A stretch of 42,047 nt of DNA from a virus: the IMG/VR virus record IMGVR_UViG_3300010273_000002, positions 1 to 42,047 of that record; one strand, given 5' to 3'. Positions 34,430 to 42,047 of the stretch are shown here, piece after piece; positions within the stretch are counted from its first letter, which is position 1, and every line of letters starts with the position of its first letter. A program made the translations under genes and the position numbers. Below the pieces are notes generated by a model. That model searched no databases and was not told the origin of the DNA. It saw nothing but the letters and a program-made list of their open reading frames with translations.

Positions 34430-34856
34430 AATCCTCGCGGCTGGTCGCGGCCGGACCGACGACGGTGCACCGATCGTCGGCCGAGTCCAGCCGCGCCCTC
34501 TCGCGGTCGGCATCGGACGGGATGCGAGCTGGGGGCCGCTGTGGCTGGTCGTGCGGCACTCCATGGCTTGCCGGCTCACGGTCACGCCCATCCTCGACGG
34601 CGTGGCCCTGGAGGACATCGCCGTCACGCACGAGCTGGCAGCGCCGCCGGCGCCACGCGACGTGCCGCTCAAGGTGCACCTCTCCCGGCCTGACGATCGG
34701 GCTCAGCCCTGGAGCCGTCAGGCGCTACGCGGGGTCTGGTGCACGGCGCGGGTGGAGCTCGAGGCGCTCGACGACGGTGACGTGCTCGCGGCCGGCGGGC
34801 TCGAAGTCGACGTGAGGCCGCTTGGCTGGGCGAGGGGCGAGATCAACGCAGGATAA
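34386..34856 (+). CDS. Hypothetical protein; start uncertain
   Basis: Good G/C at third codon positions from about 34430 onward. The ATG lies inside the duplicated 12-mer. Confidence 0.45.
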   Translation: MMWLMILFWCVPGGEILAAGRGRTDDGAPIVGRVQPRPLAVGIGRDASWGPLWLVVRHSMACRLTVTPILDGVALEDIAVTHELAAPPAPRDVPLKVHLSRPDDRAQPWSRQALRGVWCTARVELEALDDGDVLAAGGLEVDVRPLGWARGEINAG

Positions 34857-34861
34857 TAGCC

Positions 34862-35056
34862 GTGGCGACGGAGTTCACGGAGTTCATGGCGCGGCCGATC
34901 AAGCTGCGCAACATCGAAGCAAAAGTGATCAAGGCGGCTGACCCGGCGGACCTGGAGAGTGCAGTTACGGCCTTCTTGGACGCGGGCAGAGAGCGCGTCC
35001 TGGTCGGCGCATACCAGGTCGGCGAGCTCGCCATCCTGATTCTCTACGCCGAGTGA
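34862..35056 (+). CDS. Hypothetical small protein
   Basis: Track ORF in the structural block. Confidence 0.4.
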   Translation: MATEFTEFMARPIKLRNIEAKVIKAADPADLESAVTAFLDAGRERVLVGAYQVGELAILILYAE

Positions 35057-35066
35057 GGAGGCGGAG

Positions 35067-35627
35067 ATGCCAACGCTGAGGAACAGGTACACGAGAGCGC
35101 TCAGCGCGTCCGAGGTCCGCGGTCGCGAGGCGGAGGACGAGTATTTCCGCCGGGCGCGCGAGTTCGACCCGACCCAGGCGGTCACGACCGCGGCCGAAGG
35201 CGCGTGGGGCCAGATTCTCCCGCAGGTGCGCGACACGATCCGCGAGCTGCGCGGGCGCATGGTGGGCGCGGGGCGGCTGCGCGGAGGATACGGCGAGATG
35301 GACGAGGATGAGGTCTGGAACCGCGCGACCCAACAGCTCACGAGCGAGATCGCGCGCAACGCCATGAGCGCAGCAAACCTCGCACTCTCCAACATCCAGG
35401 GGATTGGCGGTTACGGCGAGCGCGTGACGAACCGCTACCTGGACCTGCTCTCCGGCGGCCTGGACCGCGAGCAGATGGAGCGCGAAATGGCCCGTCAGCG
35501 GCGGGCGAGCAGGTGGGGAACTCTCGCCGGGCTGGCCGGTAGTGCGCTCGGGACCATCTTTGGGCCGGCAGGTACGGCCATCGGCGGCCGGATCGGCACG
35601 TGGGTCGCCGATAGAATCGGAGGCTGA
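35067..35627 (+). CDS. Internal virion / ejection protein candidate with a Gly-rich hydrophobic C-terminus
   Basis: GGAGG lies upstream. C-terminus WGTLAGLAGSALGTIFGPAGTAIGGRIGTWVADRIGG. It sits before two larger proteins of similar character. Confidence 0.4.
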   Translation: MPTLRNRYTRALSASEVRGREAEDEYFRRAREFDPTQAVTTAAEGAWGQILPQVRDTIRELRGRMVGAGRLRGGYGEMDEDEVWNRATQQLTSEIARNAMSAANLALSNIQGIGGYGERVTNRYLDLLSGGLDREQMEREMARQRRASRWGTLAGLAGSALGTIFGPAGTAIGGRIGTWVADRIGG

Positions 35628-35630
35628 GCC

Positions 35631-36842
35631 ATGCCGTACCGTCCGCGAGTGATTCCGACCGCCGAAGATCCGCTGGCCGCGGCGATCACGGGGCTGCGAG
35701 AGGGATGGCGCGCAGCTGCTGAAGCGCGCCGTCAGCGCCAGCTCGATGAGGAGAGGCGCCAAGAGCGGCAGTTTCTGCAGGACCTACAGCGGAGGCAGCA
35801 GGAGGCCCGGGAATTCGAGGTGTACGGCCAGGTCTTGCTCCCCGAGCCGCCCGCGGAACGCCAGGCGGCCCCGCGTCCGCCCGCAGCGGGCGCCTACGTG
35901 CCCGGGCATGGGTTCGCGCTACCTCGCCCGCCGATCCAGCCATCGACCGCCGGGACCGGTACCCAGGCATCGCCGATCGCTCCGATGGCCGTGGCACGGG
36001 AGGATCCTCGATATGAAGAGTTCGCGCCGGGCCGGTGGGGCCGGCGGGGCCTGCTACCGGAGGAACGGGCTGCAGCGCGGGCTCGCCAACTCGAAGAGGA
36101 GCGGATCCAGCGGCTTGCGGAAGCGCTGGCCGGCCTTGAGCACATTCCGGAGGCGTCGCAGCGCGCGATCGCGCTGGGGGTGCCGCCGAACGTGGCGATT
36201 CCGCCGGCCACGGGAGAGAGGCCGCAGCGCGGCCAGCTCGTGCAGACCGATCAGGGTTGGGCGCTGGTCGATCCGATCACCGGGGAAACGCGGCTGCTCG
36301 GCCTCGGGCTTCCGCCGCATCCGACCGCAGCCGACGCCCAGCGCGTTACGGAAACCCAAGCGAAGATGCGGGTGGCCTACGCTCGAGCGGCGGACGCGCT
36401 CCGGGAAATCGAAGAGTTTTTGGGCTACGACCCGGTGACGGATATGTTCCGCAGCGAAAACGTGCGCGTCCCAGAGGAATCGTTCTTGGGCCGCATCACG
36501 CCAGGAAGGTATCTGCAGCGGGCTGATGTGCAGGCCTTCGATCGCGCGGCGGAAGCGATCGCTTCGTCGATCCTCCGAGTCGAATCTGGGGCCGCCATTA
36601 CCGCGCAGGAGATCGAGAGCTACAAGCGTCAGTTCATCCCGCAGCCCGGCGATCGGCCGGAGGTGATCCGCAGGAAGCTCCAGGCGATTCGCGTGACGCT
36701 CGATGCGATCCGGCGGGCGGCGGGTCTCGATACCGTGCCCGGCGCAGCTGCGCCGGTGACGGAAACCGCGGTGGCGCAGACGCCGGAACCGATCGTCGTT
36801 GTACCGGAACAGCAGGTCGCACCCGTCAACCCGTTCCGTTGA
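35631..36842 (+). CDS. Internal virion / ejection protein candidate
   Basis: GGAGG lies upstream. The protein has a charged coiled-coil N-terminus. Confidence 0.35.
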   Translation: MPYRPRVIPTAEDPLAAAITGLREGWRAAAEARRQRQLDEERRQERQFLQDLQRRQQEAREFEVYGQVLLPEPPAERQAAPRPPAAGAYVPGHGFALPRPPIQPSTAGTGTQASPIAPMAVAREDPRYEEFAPGRWGRRGLLPEERAAARARQLEEERIQRLAEALAGLEHIPEASQRAIALGVPPNVAIPPATGERPQRGQLVQTDQGWALVDPITGETRLLGLGLPPHPTAADAQRVTETQAKMRVAYARAADALREIEEFLGYDPVTDMFRSENVRVPEESFLGRITPGRYLQRADVQAFDRAAEAIASSILRVESGAAITAQEIESYKRQFIPQPGDRPEVIRRKLQAIRVTLDAIRRAAGLDTVPGAAAPVTETAVAQTPEPIVVVPEQQVAPVNPFR

Positions 36843-36850
36843 GGTGGTAG

Positions 36851-38914
36851 ATGACCCCGACTCCGCAGCAGGCGACGGTTCCGCTGCCGGATCAGGCCCG
36901 GCAGCGGGCCGCGGATCTGTGGGACCAGTACGTTGCGGCCGGGCTTTCTCCGGAGGAGGCAACCCGCCGCGTGATCGCTGAAACCGGCGTACAGCCGTCG
37001 ACGCCGGCAGCGGAAGCGCCACAGCCGCGGGCGGGACTGTCCGGCGCGCTCCGGACGGCTGCGCAGGGTGCGACGCTTGGCTTCTCCGACGAGCTCGAGG
37101 GGCTGGCCCGCGGCGCCGCCGCGCTGCTCCCGGGTGGCCAGTCGCCGGCGGAAGCGTACCGCGCGGGCGTGGAAGCGGCCCGCGCCGACATTGAGAGGGT
37201 CCGGGAAGAGCATCCGGTCGCGAGCCTCGCGCTCGAGGCGGGCGGCGGTCTCGCCCTCGGGGGCGCCGGCGCGCTCCGGAGCGGCGGCGCGGCTGCCGCA
37301 CGTTCGCTCCTCCGACGTGCCGTGGCCGCTCCGATCGGGCGGGGTGCCGTCGAGGGCGCGGTGGCTGGCGCCGGCGCCGCCGAGGGAGGCGTCGGCGAGC
37401 GCGTTCTGGGCGCGGCCGGCGGCGCCGCACTCGGTGCCGCGACGGGCGGCCTGGTGCAGGGCGCCGGCGCGCTTCGCGGTGCGCGAGGGCGCGCGCAGAG
37501 TCGGCTGATTCGGGCCCTCGAGCGTGAAGGAATCGAAGATCCGGTGGCGGCCGTGCGGAGTCTCGCCCCGGGCCAGACGCTCATGGACATTGGCGAGACC
37601 GGCGGGCCCCTGCAGAGGCTCGCGCGGGCCGCGGCGTCGATCCCGAGCGAGGGTTCGGAGCGCATTAGGCGGACGCTCCGACAGCGGGCCGAGGGCGCGC
37701 CGACGCGGATCACCGGCGCGCTGCAGCGTCGGACCGGGCTATCGTTCGAAGATGCCGTCCAGACCGTAGATGACATGATCGAGCGGCGCGCGGCGGAGGC
37801 CGCGCCGCTTTACCGGGCGGCCTACCAGAAGTCGGTGAGCGATGACGTCATCCGTGGGCTCTTCGAAGAGCCGGAATTCCAGAAGGCGTACAGGCTGGCG
37901 CAGCGCACGGCCCAGCAGGAAGCCTCGGCGCGTCGTGCCCTGGAGGCCGCAGGACTGCCCGTTCCCGAGGACCTGCAGTTTGCGGAGACCCTGCCAGATC
38001 TCTTCCGGGTCAAGGACGACGGCGCCGTCGAGTTCATCACCAATTCGATCCCCGTGCGCGCGCTCGACTACATGAAGAGCGCGCTCCAGGAGGTGATCGA
38101 CCAGGACCTTGCGGGCGGTCGGCTTACCAAGCGCGGCGCCATGATGCTCAAGCGCAAGCTCGACGCCTTCCTCTCGCGCGTCGACGAGCTCGTGCCTGAG
38201 TATCGCGAAGCCCGTGCGACGTTCCGCGGCTTCAGTGAGGCCATGGATGCGTTCGAGATGGCACGCCAAGGCAGCCGGGAACTCGGCCTCAAGGCGTTCC
38301 TGAACGAGGATCCCCGCAGGATCGAGAAGGTGCTGCGGGAGATGAGTCCCCCGGAGCAGGAGTTCTACCGCCGGGGCGCTCTCGATGCCGTGCGCGCGCG
38401 GCTCGAGCGTGCGGCCGACAACCGGGACCTGACTCGCGTCCTGTTCGGCAACACGGAGATGCGGCGCCGGATCAGGACCTTGTTCCAGAGCGACGAGGAC
38501 TTCAACCGGTTCCGCGAGCTGATGCTCCGCGAGCGGAGGATGGCGGAGGGCGCGCAGTTCATTCTCGGAGGCTCGCCGACCGCGCGCATCCAGGCCGAGC
38601 AGGCGGACCTACTCGCCGAGACGCCGGCGAACCGGTTGGCTCAAGCACTGGATGCGATCCTCGCGCCGATCGAAGCGGGCCGGCGCGGCGTGCGTGCCCT
38701 GGAGTCGCGCATGGTCACGGGCGGAGGCGAGCGGACGGTGGACGAGCTCGCGCCGTGGCTGACGGCGACGGGGCCCGAGGCGGGAGCACTCGCGGCTTCT
38801 ACGATCGATCAGTGGTGGGATCGAGAGGCGCTTCGACGCGCGCTACTTCGCGCCGCAACGACGGCCACCGCGGTCCCGGCTGGCCTCGCCGCCGGGCGCG
38901 CAGTCTCGCCTTGA
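36851..38914 (+). CDS. Large internal virion / ejection protein candidate
   Basis: Gly/Ala-rich hydrophobic stretch (GGGLALGGAGAL..GAVAGAGAAEGG) followed by a helical domain. It is the last structural gene before the lysis cassette. Confidence 0.4.
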   Translation: MTPTPQQATVPLPDQARQRAADLWDQYVAAGLSPEEATRRVIAETGVQPSTPAAEAPQPRAGLSGALRTAAQGATLGFSDELEGLARGAAALLPGGQSPAEAYRAGVEAARADIERVREEHPVASLALEAGGGLALGGAGALRSGGAAAARSLLRRAVAAPIGRGAVEGAVAGAGAAEGGVGERVLGAAGGAALGAATGGLVQGAGALRGARGRAQSRLIRALEREGIEDPVAAVRSLAPGQTLMDIGETGGPLQRLARAAASIPSEGSERIRRTLRQRAEGAPTRITGALQRRTGLSFEDAVQTVDDMIERRAAEAAPLYRAAYQKSVSDDVIRGLFEEPEFQKAYRLAQRTAQQEASARRALEAAGLPVPEDLQFAETLPDLFRVKDDGAVEFITNSIPVRALDYMKSALQEVIDQDLAGGRLTKRGAMMLKRKLDAFLSRVDELVPEYREARATFRGFSEAMDAFEMARQGSRELGLKAFLNEDPRRIEKVLREMSPPEQEFYRRGALDAVRARLERAADNRDLTRVLFGNTEMRRRIRTLFQSDEDFNRFRELMLRERRMAEGAQFILGGSPTARIQAEQADLLAETPANRLAQALDAILAPIEAGRRGVRALESRMVTGGGERTVDELAPWLTATGPEAGALAASTIDQWWDREALRRALLRAATTATAVPAGLAAGRAVSP

Positions 38915-39023
38915 GCCGTGAGACGAGGTAGTAACCGAGCATCGAAGACGCGACCCACACGGGAATGTGCGGCCACGTCGAGTGTACCCACTCGTGGCGC
39001 AGCCACTCGAGGAGGCTGTCCAT
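38799..39023 (-). CDS. Candidate reverse-strand small membrane protein (74 aa, not separately listed in the track)
   Basis: MDSLLEWLRHEWVHSTWPHIPVWVASSMLGYYLVSRLKARLRARRRG... In 38913-39023, 33 of 37 third positions are G/C (hand count). GC1 exceeds GC2 only for the minus-strand reading. The plus frames have stops or poor bias. I see no clear SD. Confidence 0.35.
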   Translation of the reverse strand: MDSLLEWLRHEWVHSTWPHIPVWVASSMLGYYLVSRLKARLRARRRGQPGPRWPSLRREVARVEAPLDPTTDRS

Positions 39024-39074
39024 ACGGAAAAGATACAACTGGCCGCCGACAGTCCACAAGGAGGAAAGCCGAAG

Positions 39075-39611
39075 ATGAGACTGGCGCACGACGCGCTGCT
39101 CCGAAGCGAGGTCCGCCTCTACGGGGCGGCCGCTCTCACCCCGATCCAGACCGCCAGAGAGCTCGGTCTGCCGGGCTGGCTTGCGGCCTTCGTCGGCGGA
39201 CTGATCTCCGTCCTGAAGTACGACATCGTGATCCCCGGCCTCATGCTGGCCGTGACCGCGGGCGCCGTCGACCACATGCTCGGCTGGCACCGCGCGAGGC
39301 GCGAAGGCCGTGACCGGGCCGATCTCGCTCACGCGGGTCTGTTTGCCAAGGGGGCGCACATTTTTCTCGCCCTGAGCATTCGGTTTTCCGAATGGTGGCT
39401 GTACCACTTCGACGTGATCCCGGACACGCGCGGCTTCTTCGGTGCGGCAGCGGCCGTCGCGATCCTGGTCGCGGAGTGGCGGTCGATCAACAAGCACCTG
39501 CGGCTCATGGGGAAGGGCAATTCCCTGATCGGCGTCGTGATCGAGGCGCTTGCGGCGCTGGCGCAACGGCGCCTTCCGGCTCCCTCGCAAGAACGGAGGG
39601 AGGATGGATGA
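39075..39611 (+). CDS. Holin (phage_holin_4_1-like, 4 TM segments)
   Basis: AAGGAGGA lies upstream of ATG 39075. VDHMLGW..AHAGLFAKGAH..VAEWRSINKHLRLMG resembles the D..tG / K-K / E..SI.EN..G pattern of that family, from memory. Confidence 0.6.
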   Translation: MRLAHDALLRSEVRLYGAAALTPIQTARELGLPGWLAAFVGGLISVLKYDIVIPGLMLAVTAGAVDHMLGWHRARREGRDRADLAHAGLFAKGAHIFLALSIRFSEWWLYHFDVIPDTRGFFGAAAAVAILVAEWRSINKHLRLMGKGNSLIGVVIEALAALAQRRLPAPSQERREDG

Positions 39612-40228
39612 TCCGGACCAGCCTCTCTGTCGCGCTCGGGATCGTCGCTGTGCTCGCCGCTGCCCGCGCGTGCGCGTCCGACCGCGAGGCCGGCCGGCTG
39701 CGAGCAGAGGCCGCGCGGCTCAGGGCCGAGGCGGCGCAGGAGCGGCTACGTGCCGCCGGATACCAGGCGGTCCTGGCGCGCGTCGCCGACGATCTCCGGG
39801 CCGCGCTCGAGGAGCGGGACCGCTGGCGCGCGCTCGCCCGGGAGTCCGACGCCAGGCCGGCGGCGCTCGTGACCGCCGAGGCGACCGCCGAGGCGCGCAT
39901 CGAGACGCCTGCCGCGGCCGACGTGGACAGCGGGCGGTACGAGGGGGAGTACGCCGATTCCGTGTTCTGGCTGCGCTGGGGGCTGCTGCTCGGGCCGCCG
40001 GCGCGATTCTCGGCAGACGTCCGCGCCCGGCTGCCCGTCGAGCTGGTCGCCTACGAGCTGCCGGACGGGCGGTACGGCATAACAGCGGCGAGTCCTGACC
40101 CGCGCGCGACCGTGGAGGTGCGCGATTTCGTCCTGGCGCCGCCCGAGCGCGAGCGGCGCGGGATACCCTGGAAATGGATTGCCGGCGCGGCCGTGGCGGC
40201 CGTCGTCGGCTGGGAGATGATCCGATGA
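39608..40228 (+). CDS. Spanin-like protein with an N-terminal signal/TM ending in Cys, a coiled coil and a C-terminal TM
   Basis: ATGA coupling to the holin. The N-terminus is MIRTSLSVALGIVAVLAAARAC-ASD, followed by the heptad-like RLRAEAARLRAEAAQERLRAAG. The C-terminus is IPWKWIAGAAVAAVVGWEMIR. Confidence 0.45.
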   Translation: MIRTSLSVALGIVAVLAAARACASDREAGRLRAEAARLRAEAAQERLRAAGYQAVLARVADDLRAALEERDRWRALARESDARPAALVTAEATAEARIETPAAADVDSGRYEGEYADSVFWLRWGLLLGPPARFSADVRARLPVELVAYELPDGRYGITAASPDPRATVEVRDFVLAPPERERRGIPWKWIAGAAVAAVVGWEMIR

Positions 40229-40308
40229 GGCGCCGCCGGTCCCCGTCGGTCTGCGGGCCGGCGGGCTACTCCGTCCCCGCCGGCGGCGCCTGACCTGGAG
40301 GTGATCCG

Positions 40309-40731
40309 ATGCGAACGCTGAAGCTGGTGAGATTCGCCAAGACCCCCGACGGCGTGCTCGGCCGGCTCGCCCGGTGGTGCACGCTCGAGGAGGAGGACCT
40401 GGGCAACCGCCCGAACGTCTCCTGCATTCCCCCGGGCACGTACCGCTGCGTCCGGACGCGGTACTACGCCGGCGGCTACGACACCTACGAGGTGACCGGC
40501 GTGCCCGGGCGCGCCCGGATCCTCATCCACGTGGGCAACACCGAGGAGAATACCGACGGTTGCATCCTGCTCGGGAGCCGGTTCGGCGTGCTGACCGTCC
40601 GGGATGAGGAGAGCGGCCAGACCCGGCCGAAGCTGGCGGTGCTCGAGTCGAAGCGGGCGTTCGACGATTTCATGCGGGAACTCGCCGGCGCCCGGGAGTT
40701 CACGCTGGTGATCGAGGAGTACGCCACGTGA
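40309..40731 (+). CDS. YkuD/L,D-transpeptidase-fold (DUF5675-like) cell-wall enzyme, probable endolysin
   Basis: GGAGGTG lies upstream. GTYRCV..YEVTGVPGRARILIHVGNTEENTDGCILLG matches the H-x(n)-(S/T)-x-G-C-I catalytic signature. Confidence 0.55.
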   Translation: MRTLKLVRFAKTPDGVLGRLARWCTLEEEDLGNRPNVSCIPPGTYRCVRTRYYAGGYDTYEVTGVPGRARILIHVGNTEENTDGCILLGSRFGVLTVRDEESGQTRPKLAVLESKRAFDDFMRELAGAREFTLVIEEYAT

Positions 40732-40750
40732 ACCGAGGCCACCGGGCTCG

Positions 40751-40838
40751 GCTCACCGCCTTCCCTTGCCCGTCAATAGCCAGTGGCCGTTGACCCCGAG
40801 GATTTCGGGCAGGCGGATCATGTGTCGGCCGCCGGTGA
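40751..40838. repeat. Imperfect direct repeat copy B: remnant of the 3' end of an HTH gene (encodes ..GGRHMIRLPEILGVNGHWLLTGKGRR on the minus strand)
   Basis: About 82% identical to 2323-2410. Upstream homology decays and no HTH-coding part remains. Confidence 0.75.
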
Positions 40839-41011
40839 CGTTCCGGGTGGACGGGGATTCCGTCGTCGTGCAGGATGCCCGGTTCTGGTGGCTGAAGCCG
40901 CTCGCCACCATCGGCCTCTGCGCCGCAGGCGCGCTCGTCGCCGCCAAGAGTGAAAGCGCCGCCCCGGTTGCGGTCGGGTGCGGCGCTGGATTCGCGATCG
41001 CGGTCAGGTAA
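40820..41011 (+). CDS. Small hydrophobic protein (63 aa, two hydrophobic segments); start uncertain (ATG 40820 or TTG 40766)
   Basis: High G/C at third codon positions. GC1 (about 71%) exceeds GC2 (about 57%) for the plus-strand reading by hand count. It is the last gene of the lysis block. Confidence 0.4.
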   Translation: MCRPPVTFRVDGDSVVVQDARFWWLKPLATIGLCAAGALVAAKSESAAPVAVGCGAGFAIAVR

Positions 41012-41014
41012 ACG

Positions 41015-41036
41015 AAAAACCCCAGCGGCGCCGGGG
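41015..41036 (-). terminator. Rho-independent terminator for the minus-strand R-M gene
   Basis: On the minus strand, hairpin CCCCGGC-GCC-GCTGGGG is followed by TTTTT. It lies 72 nt downstream of the R-M stop. Confidence 0.6.
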
Positions 41037-41107
41037 CTCGACCCACGCCAATCCACGGACATCGCCGTTGCCGAGTCGCGGTGGCGCCATGGCCTTCAAT
41101 CCGTGCC

Positions 41108-42047
41108 TCAGAAGGCGAATTCCTGTTGCGGTTCCTCATACAGCTCAACCGCGCGCTCCGTTGTCCCGCCGATGGACCACAGTTCGTCCGCCTCCCGCAG
41201 AGCCTGCCCGATCATCCTGTCTGTCTCCTTCCGCTGTTCGAGAGCGGCGGTTACCCGATCGGCTAGGTTTCGCTGAACCTCTATCGGTGGAAGTTTCGGC
41301 AGGGGAAGTCCCAACAGGGCAGATTCATCTTCCACCCGCGTCCGATTTGACGTGCCTGTAACCGTTCCCGCCACGAGCTCCCGCACGTTCGGCGTCCGGA
41401 GAAGTAGGGCGAGGAACCGCGGATCCACCTCATCCCTTCGATCTTCGCGGATTCGCAAGATGTAGAACTCTTTCGAGACGACCATGTCCTGTACTTCTTC
41501 GGTGGCGTAGCCTACCGAGCCGTTCACGAGGTCGATGCCGGAGACCACGATGTCTCCCGCCTTGATGAGCCTGAGGTCGGACGGGCTGTACTGCGTGTCG
41601 GTGACCTCCTTCGGCTTCACCTCACCGGTGTTCCGCGCGATCGTGGCGAAGTGGTATATCCCGAGCGGGTCTTCAGGTGGCTCGCGTACGATGATCTCTG
41701 CGACGTCTCCGAGGACAATGTGGTCGGCCGGGAGGGTCTCGCGAATCTGCCGCGCAGCCTCATATGCGTAATCGAGGCGTGCTCCGGGTTCGTCATTGCC
41801 CGGGCGCCACCGAATCCGTACCGACCCCGGCATTCGGACCTTCTCGAGCGCGCGTTTCGCCTCCGCTTCCTGGAAGGAATGCCCGCGGTAGCTCGATCGC
41901 ACGATGCGCTCGAACTCCAGATACGCGGCGAGCATCGCCGGCAGTTCGCTCTCATCCGGCTGGCCGGTCCTCGTGAAGCCGATCTTCTCGATGTGCGCGT
42001 AGAAGATCGGCTCCTCCTGCACCACGGATGGATCGGGCTTTCTGTAC
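41108..42047 (-). CDS. C-terminal part of the Type IIG-like enzyme: HsdS-like target recognition domain plus a conserved helix
   Basis: DLRLIKAGDIVVSGIDLVNGSVGYA..KEFYILRIRE..DPRFLALLLRTPNVRELVAGTVTGTSNRTRV..LLGLPLPKLPPIEVQRNLADRV matches the Type I S-subunit TRD pattern. The frame is continuous with 1-2099. Confidence 0.8.
   Translation of the reverse strand, partial: YRKPDPSVVQEEPIFYAHIEKIGFTRTGQPDESELPAMLAAYLEFERIVRSSYRGHSFQEAEAKRALEKVRMPGSVRIRWRPGNDEPGARLDYAYEAARQIRETLPADHIVLGDVAEIIVREPPEDPLGIYHFATIARNTGEVKPKEVTDTQYSPSDLRLIKAGDIVVSGIDLVNGSVGYATEEVQDMVVSKEFYILRIREDRRDEVDPRFLALLLRTPNVRELVAGTVTGTSNRTRVEDESALLGLPLPKLPPIEVQRNLADRVTAALEQRKETDRMIGQALREADELWSIGGTTERAVELYEEPQQEFAF

Larger units (their letters stand above)
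1..42047. mobile_element. Complete temperate phage genome in circular or circularly permuted form (unique length about 41,924 bp)
   Basis: Integrase + attP-like site, repressor/ImmA module, recombination, replication, terminase, portal, capsid, tail and lysis genes are all present. The ends overlap by 123 identical nt. Confidence 0.85.

Noticed and set aside
36851-38914. 687-aa protein as a tape measure protein (which would imply a long tail)
   Set aside because: It is too short for a typical tape measure protein. No tail tube, sheath or chaperone-frameshift genes are nearby. It is grouped with two Gly-rich or hydrophobic proteins just before lysis, as podovirus internal or ejection proteins are. 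The call remains low confidence.
38967-39074. Upstream GTG start giving a 214-aa holin
   Set aside because: Third-position G/C in that extension is only about 58% by hand count. A strong AAGGAGGA precedes the internal ATG at 39075, and the periodicity of the gap fits the opposite strand.
1-42047. CRISPR arrays, rRNA genes, transposase/IS elements, reverse transcriptase (retron/DGR), recognisable toxin-antitoxin pairs
   Set aside because: I saw none on either strand. The only repeats found are the ones listed: the terminal overlap, the 88-bp pair, the att arm sites, the ori iterons, the operators and two small tandem duplications.

Overview
This is a high-GC contig (roughly two-thirds G+C by eye) of 42,047 nt. 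Its first and last 123 nt are identical and one ORF reads in frame across the join, so I read it as a circularly closed element of about 41,924 bp. The gene content is a complete temperate dsDNA phage, probably short-tailed, since I see no tape-measure, tube or sheath genes. A minus-strand lysogeny/moron operon holds an XRE-type repressor, an ImmA/IrrE-type metalloprotease, a signal-peptide protein, a small HTH and a ~971-aa single-chain Type IIG-like R-M-S enzyme that crosses the junction. It is divergent from one long, tightly coupled plus-strand array. That array runs: Xis-like HTH, small ORFs, YqaJ exonuclease + RecT, DnaQ-like exonuclease, HTH + tyrosine integrase + a tRNA-3'-end-like attP with arm repeats, a replication initiator with an internal iteron/AT-rich origin candidate, a DnaC-like loader, a C5 cytosine methyltransferase, RuvC and TerS/TerL. 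It continues with an unexpected site-2-protease / single-pass membrane protein / LuxR-HTH insert, then portal, scaffold, HK97-type capsid, tail proteins including a LamG-domain fibre, internal-virion-type proteins, and a holin / spanin-like / YkuD-fold lysin cassette. My best candidate for something undescribed is the S2P-TM-LuxR module in the late operon (19631-21303). Its membrane-protein gene is split by an 8-bp tandem duplication. Second is the repeat-flanked HTH + Type IIG cassette. All family names come from motif recognition by eye; no database search was possible. Most long minus-strand ORFs in the track are antisense shadows typical of high-GC DNA.
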